Shown here one piece after another: positions 25,708 to 32,000 of a DNA stretch of 32,000 nucleotides. Positions within the stretch are counted from its first letter, which is position 1. The number at the start of each line of letters is the position of its first letter. The DNA comes from Ferroglobus placidus DSM 10642. GTDB lineage: Archaea; Halobacteriota; Archaeoglobi; Archaeoglobales; Archaeoglobaceae. A program made the position numbers and the translations under genes. The stretch is taken from the NCBI RefSeq assembly GCF_000025505.1, contig NC_013849.1, forward strand, positions 780,001 to 812,000, in the 5' to 3' direction. Below the pieces are notes generated by a model that saw nothing but the letters and a program-made list of their open reading frames with translations, ran no database searches and had not been told where the DNA came from.

Positions 25708-28069
25708 AGTACTGGACCCTCCCGCCTTTTTCTACCTTAACCTTAACGTAGTACTCCTTGTTTTGCTTAAACTTCCAAGCAGGTGGCTTTAAAGAGCTTC
25801 CAACATCTGTACCTTCAGTTATAATTAAATCCGCGCCGCCATTTGTTTTAACTATCGAAAACTCGAATTTTCCGTCAGAGTCGGTTTTACCTTTTATCCC
25901 GGAGTAAACGACTTTTCCTTCGTTGTCAGTGATGTTCACCTCCACGGAAGCATTAGAAAGCGGGATCTCGATTAGTTTGTTCTCCTGATAGCTCTCCCAG
26001 AAACGCATCTTCACCTTAACGTAATTATCACCAGTGTCTACTTCTATCTTTCCCTCCCACTCCGCACCTTCTCCCGGCGTGCTTACAACGTTTTGAAACG
26101 TTACCGTCACGACACTTTCAGCCGTTTCGTTACCCCTCCTTCCGACAGCTTTGAGAGTGTGAGAGCCGTCCGAGAAAGCGGTCGTGTTCAAAGTTATTTC
26201 CCAGTAGCCGGTAGTTGCGTTAAACGTAAATTCTCCGACGTAAGCTGAGTCGACGTAGAAACTAACGCTTGAGGCGTTGGAGGAAACTTGAATGGTTTCG
26301 TTTCCACTCAAAATAGCGCCGTTAGTTGGAGAGACAAATTCGATGTAAAGCTGAGAGCTGCCAATCGTGTAGAATTCCGGAGGAGTGTAGTTGTACATGG
26401 CTTTTTTCAAAGTGTACTTCAAATTTTTAACGAATTCCGAGGAACCGTCGTTATATTTAATCGTCATATCGAGAGTTAGAGTGTATTCCGGAATTATTTT
26501 TGCGGCTGTAGCGAGCATAAAAGCGTCGAAAACCAGCATGATTCTCTCCGGTGTATAGCGGTTGACTGCTTCAGAATAACTCTGGTTGTGCCCTCCCATG
26601 TAGATTAGATGACCCTTTTCAAAGGGTGCGTAAGCGAGTATTATCGCATCACTTAAAGCGGTTGAGTTTATCAATGGAACGGTCTCAGGGTTATGTGCAG
26701 TAAGAAGCTTGAATCCTGGCGTGTGACCCCCTCTTGGAGCTACAAAACCATCTTGAGTGTAAGTCTGCGATATAAATAGGGTTGCGTTGTTGAAAAAGAT
26801 TGTGTCGAGAATTTTCCCCTCATTACTTTTAACTACATCCTTCTCATTCTTTGATAGTGGTTTGACGCCAACGAAACCGTACCAAGGGTGTAGATTCCCA
26901 TCTACCTTCTCGATCGTCGCATCCACGCTTTCAACACCGTAGCATTCCACGTGGTAAACTCCTCCGTTTTCGACCCACTTGAGTATCTTCCAAGCTGCAG
27001 TGTCTGTTAAATTTTTAGACGGATCGTAAGCTTCACTTATATCCGTGTGAGGTGTGAAAAGAAGATCTATGTTGTCCAAAGCTCCTCTTTCTATCTCCGT
27101 CGTATTTAATAGTGTGAACTCGCGATTCGTCAAACCAGCAGAATAAAAGTAGTTTTCCAAAATTTCGATGTTCGTCTGATCCTCAGGATACAACCCGATT
27201 CTCGGAGCTCCTATTATGTAAGCGTTCCACTCGTAAGTGAAACCTTCTTCTAACTCGTAAACGTCCAAGCCCAAATTTCTGGCTTCCTCTAAAATCATTT
27301 GCTTCAACGTGTTGTTTAAATCTTCGGCTTTAACAACAAAAGGTCCTCCCTTCAACTCCAGAAACTTTACCTCTCCGCTTACCAAAGTTCCGTTCTTACC
27401 GTCGACAACCTTTCTCGCTTTAACTGTAACGCTATAAGGTATTCCGTACGGGTCGTTGATATCGTCTCTATCTTTCCCTCTCGGATCTTCGAGAACTCTG
27501 TAAGTTGGAATCAAGTAATTGTCGAGAGCTGTGGCATTTTCATCTCTGTCGTTGAGAATTCTGTAAACAAGCCCGAAAACTCTCGCAGCCATCCAGTCGT
27601 TGTCTGAAGAAGAATCGTTCAAAAACCACTGGTTATCATCTACTGGAATTACCAGACTACCTGCTTTGTACGTGACGTTCTTTACCATGTAAACATTACT
27701 TCCCCTCGTGCTGATGTTGTAAGTTCTCTCAATCTTGGTCGATGAGAAGTTTATTTCAACATCCAAAGCCACCCCGTAATCAGCGTAAACTTTCTCAAGA
27801 AGATTCGTTAGATTCGTCAGGTGGTACTTCAAAACCTTATTAGCCTCGTTTAAATCGAGATTTTTTCGTTCGACGTAATCTAAAATTTTCAACGCGTTTT
27901 GCTCGTAGAGGTTTACAACGTCCCCGAACCTCAAAGTCTGCTGCGGTTTTTCTACTGCTGGATAGTTCAGACTCAAAAGAATGTTGTTAGCCAGTACAAC
28001 TATTATCGCCAAGCCAACAGCCATTATGAAAGCTGCAAGCAGCATTATCTGGGCTTTTACATCTTCCAT
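25682..28069 (-). CDS. Giant class III signal peptide protein (795 aa), putative pilus-associated adhesin with C-terminal Ig-like and prealbumin-like beta-sandwich domains
   Basis: The N-terminus reads MEDVKA|QIMLLAAFIMAVGLAIIVVLA. I counted at least 21 N-x-S/T sequons. The C-terminal region contains an Ig-like segment (SGNETIQVSSNASSVSFYVDSAYVGEFTFNATTGYWEITLNTTAFSDGSHTLKAVG) and a TDSDGKFEF-type beta-sandwich. Confidence 0.85.
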   Translation of the reverse strand: MEDVKAQIMLLAAFIMAVGLAIIVVLANNILLSLNYPAVEKPQQTLRFGDVVNLYEQNALKILDYVERKNLDLNEANKVLKYHLTNLTNLLEKVYADYGVALDVEINFSSTKIERTYNISTRGSNVYMVKNVTYKAGSLVIPVDDNQWFLNDSSSDNDWMAARVFGLVYRILNDRDENATALDNYLIPTYRVLEDPRGKDRDDINDPYGIPYSVTVKARKVVDGKNGTLVSGEVKFLELKGGPFVVKAEDLNNTLKQMILEEARNLGLDVYELEEGFTYEWNAYIIGAPRIGLYPEDQTNIEILENYFYSAGLTNREFTLLNTTEIERGALDNIDLLFTPHTDISEAYDPSKNLTDTAAWKILKWVENGGVYHVECYGVESVDATIEKVDGNLHPWYGFVGVKPLSKNEKDVVKSNEGKILDTIFFNNATLFISQTYTQDGFVAPRGGHTPGFKLLTAHNPETVPLINSTALSDAIILAYAPFEKGHLIYMGGHNQSYSEAVNRYTPERIMLVFDAFMLATAAKIIPEYTLTLDMTIKYNDGSSEFVKNLKYTLKKAMYNYTPPEFYTIGSSQLYIEFVSPTNGAILSGNETIQVSSNASSVSFYVDSAYVGEFTFNATTGYWEITLNTTAFSDGSHTLKAVGRRGNETAESVVTVTFQNVVSTPGEGAEWEGKIEVDTGDNYVKVKMRFWESYQENKLIEIPLSNASVEVNITDNEGKVVYSGIKGKTDSDGKFEFSIVKTNGGADLIITEGTDVGSSLKPPAWKFKQNKEYYVKVKVEKGGRVQYFEKKFKFD

Positions 28070-28632
28070 ATTGTCAGTCTCACCTCCAAAACGTTGTAAA
28101 GCTCGGAGGTGTTGCCGTCAACGTTGAAGGTTAGAGCTTTAATTCCCTGATTTGAACCGTCGGAATCGTAGATCGTCAAAACTTTCGAAACCGTCACAGC
28201 GTTATCGGAGGGATAGCCGTTCCAGACGAAAGGAATTGTAACAAAATCTATTGTTCCGTTAGCTGCGTCGAATTTGAAGTATCCTATCTCTATGTTGTAC
28301 GCTATTCCCTCTTTTTCGAATGTCTGATTGAGTATTGCTTTTAACCTTTCAGAGCCGGGATAGCTTTCAACGCCCCCGTACATAGTTTCTCCATCCCAGA
28401 AGAGCAAAGCCTCCTTTAGTGGAGAATACCTTTCTGCAAGAGATTCATACGTTATGGCGTTGATTACGTCCACCCCGTACTTTTCCAAGGCGTTTTCAAC
28501 TTGGATGTTAGCTGCTGAGGAGGTAAGAGGAGTGAGAGGGACGGCAAAGACAATTAGAAGGATGACTAATGTTAAAATTACCAGAGACATCATCGCTTCG
28601 AAAGTGAAGGTTTGAGCCCTTAAGTTCACCAA
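28057..28632 (-). CDS. Class III signal peptide (type IV pilin-like) protein, 191 aa, Q at +1
   Basis: The N-terminus reads MVNLRA|QTFTFEAMMSLVILTLVILLIVFAV. Confidence 0.8.
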   Translation of the reverse strand: MVNLRAQTFTFEAMMSLVILTLVILLIVFAVPLTPLTSSAANIQVENALEKYGVDVINAITYESLAERYSPLKEALLFWDGETMYGGVESYPGSERLKAILNQTFEKEGIAYNIEIGYFKFDAANGTIDFVTIPFVWNGYPSDNAVTVSKVLTIYDSDGSNQGIKALTFNVDGNTSELYNVLEVRLTIWKM

Positions 28633-29054
28633 ACCGCCACCTCCAGAAAGTATCTTTCGGATGTCTGATAAGTGGAAATCACCCTTCTCGTAAATCCCAC
28701 GTCAACATTCTCAGGAATTTTTTCGCCGAAACTAATAATCGTGTTTCCGCTCATATCTTTTAGAGTCACGTTCACTTTATATCTGCCTCCGGTTAACTCG
28801 GAGAGGTCTGCGTAACTTAAATACTGGACGAGCTTCGTTAGATTCACCGCTCCGAAAGCTTTCACGGCACTTTCTTCTGTGAAGTTAAGTATTAAGTACT
28901 CGGAAATCGATTCAGCCAAGTACTGAACGTCGAGCCTCTCTTTTGACAGAGGAGCAACTATGTTCATCGAAAGGTAAAAAACTATATAAACGACTCCCAA
29001 GAATATCAACACTCCACCGATGTAATCGATGCTGAGTTGAGCCCTCGAATCCAC
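28626..29054 (-). CDS. Class III signal peptide (type IV pilin-like) protein, 142 aa, Q at +1 (first gene of the operon, GTG start)
   Basis: The N-terminus reads MDSRA|QLSIDYIGGVLIFLGVVYIVFYL. Confidence 0.8.
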   Translation of the reverse strand: MDSRAQLSIDYIGGVLIFLGVVYIVFYLSMNIVAPLSKERLDVQYLAESISEYLILNFTEESAVKAFGAVNLTKLVQYLSYADLSELTGGRYKVNVTLKDMSGNTIISFGEKIPENVDVGFTRRVISTYQTSERYFLEVAVW

Positions 29055-29070
29055 GTTAATAGCCTCTGCG

Positions 29071-29093
29071 AAGATAATATTTAACGTTATCTT
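29071..29093. promoter_or_regulatory. Palindrome AAGATAA-N9-TTATCTT in the divergent argC / pilin-operon promoter region
   Basis: The perfect 7-bp arms lie between the GTG at 29054 (-) and the ATG at 29139 (+). The arms are AT-rich, so they could equally be two back-to-back TATA boxes. Confidence 0.3.
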
Positions 29094-29138
29094 AAATTTT
29101 TGTATTCACAGATAGAAAACAGAAGAGGGTGGTGTAAG

Positions 29139-30140
29139 ATGATTAAAGTCGGAATAGTGGGAGGAACCGGCTACACTGGAGGGGAGCTTTTAAGAATTCT
29201 TTCAACGCATCCTGAGGCTGAAGTTGTCGCTGTAAGCTCGAGAAAAGACGTTGGAAGGAAAATTCACGAAGTTCATCCCCATCTAAAAGGCTTTTACGAT
29301 ATCGAGTTCGTTCTGCCGGAGCTTAAAAACTTCGATGAATGCGACGTCGTTTTTACAGCCGTGCCTCACGGTGAGGCGATGAATTACGTTCCTCAGTTCC
29401 TGGAGGTAGGAATTAAAGTTATCGACCTCTCGGCAGATTACAGATTGAAAAAGGAGGTTTACGAGGAAGTTTACGGAAAAAAGCACGATGCTTATTTTGA
29501 AGCCGTTTACGGCTTGACGGAGCTTCACAGAGAAGAGATAAAGAAAGCTAAACTTGTGGCGAATCCAGGATGCTATCCGACGGGAGCGATTTTAGCTGCA
29601 GCTCCTTTAGCTGAAAAGGAACTGATAGAAAGAGTAGTCTTCGATTCTAAAAGCGGAATAACCGGAGCTGGAGCTTCTCCGACAGATTTCACGCATTTCC
29701 CCAACCTTCACGAGTCGATAGTTCCTTACAAAATAACCGACCACCGCCACTACTACGAGATGCTTCAAGAGTTGAAAGCTCTGCAAGAGGACATAAGAAT
29801 ATCTTTCACCCCTCAGGTTTTCCCCGGGTCGAGAGGAATTTTAACGAACGCCCACATCTTTCTCAGAGGAGACCTCGAAGAGGGGGAAATCAAGAAGATT
29901 TACGAGAAGTTCTACGAAGGATGTAAATTTATAAGGTTTCAGGAGAGCGTTAAGCTGATCTACGTTAGGGGAAGCAACTTCTGCGACATATCGATTCACA
30001 AGGGAAAAGACAGAGCTGTGATAATTTCGGCTATAGACAACCTCGTGAAGGGGGCGAGCGGACAAGCGGTTCAGAACATGAACGTCATGTTCGGGCTGGA
30101 GGAGGATGAGGGTTTGAATTACCCGCCGCTGTTCCCATGA
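29139..30140 (+). CDS. argC: N-acetyl-gamma-glutamyl-phosphate reductase (ArgC/LysY family)
   Basis: MIKVGIVGGTGYTGGELLRIL is the Rossmann motif and NPGCYPTG holds the catalytic Cys. I prefer the ATG at 29139, which follows GAGGGTGGTG, over the track's TTG at 29100. Confidence 0.9.
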   Translation: MIKVGIVGGTGYTGGELLRILSTHPEAEVVAVSSRKDVGRKIHEVHPHLKGFYDIEFVLPELKNFDECDVVFTAVPHGEAMNYVPQFLEVGIKVIDLSADYRLKKEVYEEVYGKKHDAYFEAVYGLTELHREEIKKAKLVANPGCYPTGAILAAAPLAEKELIERVVFDSKSGITGAGASPTDFTHFPNLHESIVPYKITDHRHYYEMLQELKALQEDIRISFTPQVFPGSRGILTNAHIFLRGDLEEGEIKKIYEKFYEGCKFIRFQESVKLIYVRGSNFCDISIHKGKDRAVIISAIDNLVKGASGQAVQNMNVMFGLEEDEGLNYPPLFP

Positions 30141-30853
30141 GCTGCGAAGACGCTTTGAAGGAAATAGCCAGGAAAAAGCTCCTCTTCGGAAAAGATCTCG
30201 TGAAGAAAGTGGTGGAGTGCGAGGATGCTCCAGAGCTTGTGGTGAAACTCGCCGACGAGCTTGATGAGATCAGCGATGGATGGTTTTCCGTTCACGCGAT
30301 CTTCATACTCTCGATAATCGGAAACGACAGAGCTTTCGAAGCTCTGAAGCACATAGTGTCGACGAGAGACCTCGGAGACTTTACAGTCGAGGACTTACCC
30401 TACTTGTTCGCGAGGTTTGAAGGAAAAGCGAGTGAGCTGAAGGAGATCGTGGAAAACGAGAATTTCGACGTTTTCGTAAGACTCGCGGCTTTCAAGGCTT
30501 TAATGCATTTAAGTAGGGAAGACGCCGAACTCGTTGCGGAGAAACTCCTCGAAGAAGTAAAAAAGAAAAAGGACGAGAGCTGCGTCTTTCTCATGTACAT
30601 TTCAGCTCTCGGAGGGAAGTTCAGGGAGGAGTGTTTAAAGCTCGCCGAGGATTGCGAAATTCACCCAGAAGATCTTCTAACTGAACTCGATTTCAGACTC
30701 GAAGATCCCTGGGAGCACTTCAGCCCCGAAAGCCTTCTGAGGCTTTACAAAATCAACTACGGGAAGCTAAACTTCGATAAATACGCTCCGTGTTTTTGCG
30801 GCTCGGGAAAGAAGTTCAAGTTCTGCTGCTACGAAGTCTGGAAGAGGATATAG
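30137..30853 (+). CDS. HEAT-like repeat protein with a C-terminal SEC-C metal-binding motif
   Basis: The C-terminus PCFCGSGKKFKFCC is a SEC-C motif. VRLAAFKALMHL is HEAT-like. There is an ATGA overlap with argC. Confidence 0.7.
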   Translation: MSCEDALKEIARKKLLFGKDLVKKVVECEDAPELVVKLADELDEISDGWFSVHAIFILSIIGNDRAFEALKHIVSTRDLGDFTVEDLPYLFARFEGKASELKEIVENENFDVFVRLAAFKALMHLSREDAELVAEKLLEEVKKKKDESCVFLMYISALGGKFREECLKLAEDCEIHPEDLLTELDFRLEDPWEHFSPESLLRLYKINYGKLNFDKYAPCFCGSGKKFKFCCYEVWKRI

Positions 30854-30857
30854 AAGG

Positions 30858-31940
30858 CTATCCGGACTCGATTCTTTCGAGCAGCTCTTTAGGAAGAAAG
30901 CTCTTAACGAACTCGTAAACTTTTGGAGAAACCCAGACCACTCTTTTCCATCCACCTTCCCCCTTCAAAAAGCTTGGAGATTTTAGATAAGCGAAGCTAA
31001 CTCCAGCAAACCCCTCCACTTGCCAACCAGCTATCAATTTCTCCATCTCTTCGAAAGTCAAGCCGACGGGAGTCTTCTTTTTGTACTCTCTGTCCACGAT
31101 TCCAAAGCCGTCTTTTTCCGGAATGTAGAAAACTATGGTTTCGGCAAAATTTCCGGCTAAAGGAGGATTTTCGAGAACTCTGTGAAGCTTTACTCTCTCG
31201 ACTTTTCCTTCCGTCATTTCTTTCACAGCCTCGTTAACTCCCGAGTACTCCCCTTCTTTCTCGCTGATCACCTCTCCCTTCTCTATGGGAAAGTAGTACT
31301 CCACGACCTTCAGCTCTTCAGCATTCCTAGCCTCTGCATAAGTCGTTCCGCAAGGCGAAGGTCTTTCCGGAGTTATCACGCAGACGTGGTTCGGCAGGTA
31401 AACCTGACAAGATTTGCAGCCGTAAAATCTATCAACGCTTATCTCTTTCAGCTCTCTTAACCTTTCCTCTCTCTTTTTATGAATTTCCTCAGCCCTTTTC
31501 TTCAACTTCTCGAATTCTTCCCTCTCGCAAACTATTCTGACTTTAACCGATTTTACAGCGGGAATAGACTTTACTGCTTCGTAAATAACTTTAGCGACGC
31601 ACTCCGCCGAAAACTTCTCTTCAGCTTCTTTGGAAATTTTTATCAAAGCCCTCTCCTTTCTGAAGGAGTAAGATACACCCTTCATCCTGTTTATCACTTC
31701 TCCAAAGAGACTCTCTATTGCTGAAGCCGCATCGTCGCTTATTCCGGAAACGAGAACGTGAATTCCCATCACGTCACCAAGCTCACCCAATACTTCGATC
31801 CCATCCCCCTCTCCGACTTCGACGAGCTCCACGACTCTGATCTCCTTTCCCTCAACTCTCTCTCCGGAAAAAAGTTCGCTCATCTCCAAGCAATCAGCTT
31901 TCACGTCTATTTTCTCCGGATCTATGTAGCGGTGGATCAT
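30858..31940 (-). CDS. CdhC / acetyl-CoA synthase (A-cluster subunit) paralog lacking the Ni-binding Cys-Gly-Cys
   Basis: FYGCKSCQVYLPNHVCVITPERPSPCG reproduces the C-x2-C-x8-C-x9-C cubane motif of ACS/CdhC. At the position where CdhC has ENPMTSCGCFE, this protein has ENPPLAGNFAE. An AGGAG sequence lies about 10 nt upstream of the ATG. Confidence 0.75.
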   Translation of the reverse strand: MIHRYIDPEKIDVKADCLEMSELFSGERVEGKEIRVVELVEVGEGDGIEVLGELGDVMGIHVLVSGISDDAASAIESLFGEVINRMKGVSYSFRKERALIKISKEAEEKFSAECVAKVIYEAVKSIPAVKSVKVRIVCEREEFEKLKKRAEEIHKKREERLRELKEISVDRFYGCKSCQVYLPNHVCVITPERPSPCGTTYAEARNAEELKVVEYYFPIEKGEVISEKEGEYSGVNEAVKEMTEGKVERVKLHRVLENPPLAGNFAETIVFYIPEKDGFGIVDREYKKKTPVGLTFEEMEKLIAGWQVEGFAGVSFAYLKSPSFLKGEGGWKRVVWVSPKVYEFVKSFLPKELLERIESG

Positions 31941-32000
31941 TTCCAGTTGCTCCTATCCTCTGAAAATGAAAGTTGCGGAAGTCGTTAATACTCTCAATAA

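Noticed and set aside
24712-28099. Plus-strand ORFs 24712..24894, 25150..25587, 26288..26479 and 27899..28099 within the pilin operon
   Set aside because: Each lies opposite a minus-strand gene with a coherent signal peptide and domain structure, and none has features of its own.
30858-31940. Annotating this gene simply as acetyl-CoA decarbonylase/synthase beta subunit (cdhC)
   Set aside because: The Ni-binding Cys-Gly-Cys is replaced by a cysteine-free segment, the protein is shorter than CdhC, and the window contains no cdh partner genes. It is called a paralog only.
1-32000. CRISPR arrays, rRNA genes, IS elements with terminal inverted repeats, inteins, tRNA introns
   Set aside because: I saw no regularly spaced direct repeats, no rRNA-like sequence and no transposase ORFs. 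The single tRNA folds without an intron.

Overview
This window looks like a chromosomal segment from a hyperthermophilic euryarchaeon, probably of the Archaeoglobus/Ferroglobus type. That placement is inferred from gene content: an archaeal histone, aCPSF1, a proteasome beta subunit, NAC, TrmI, L10e, a CdhC-like protein, a CTP-type riboflavin kinase and E/K-rich proteins. All calls come from reading the translations and DNA by eye and from remembered family motifs; no searches were run. Genes are densely packed and mostly housekeeping, and many neighbours overlap by 4 nt (ATGA/GTGA):
- alaS, partial at the left edge.
- A four-subunit 2-oxoacid:ferredoxin oxidoreductase in gamma-delta-alpha-beta order, translationally coupled to an IMPase-family phosphatase, NAD kinase and aroE.
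- A histone, NAC with trmI, and an alpha/beta hydrolase.
- A 4-hydroxybutyryl-CoA dehydratase-family enzyme divergent from a radical SAM gene.
- A psmB, aCPSF1, mobB, small His-ladder protein and hemD array.
- rpl10e, ribB with an HTH-fused riboflavin kinase (rbkR type), argC, and a HEAT/SEC-C protein.

Three regions are accessory or unusual:
1. 23227-29054 (-) is a tight six-gene operon in which every product starts with an archaeal class III (type IV prepilin-like) signal peptide. One product is a 795-aa, sequon-rich putative adhesin. No assembly ATPase, platform protein or prepilin peptidase lies in the window. This is my best candidate for an undescribed surface-filament or adhesion system.
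2. 12763-14671 holds tRNA-Leu(CAA), a perfect 20-nt copy of the tRNA interior 1.3 kb away, a frameshifted tyrosine-recombinase pseudogene starting exactly at that copy, and an intact UPF0175/PIN toxin-antitoxin pair. Together these look like the remnant of one or two integrated elements.
3. 30858-31940 (-) is a CdhC/acetyl-CoA synthase paralog that keeps the four cubane cysteines but has lost the Ni-binding Cys-Gly-Cys.

Smaller curiosities are a LysW-like zinc ribbon with an extreme polyacidic tail, an iron-sulfur flavoprotein with an extra zinc-ribbon domain, a His-x3 ladder miniprotein and several promoter-proximal palindromes.
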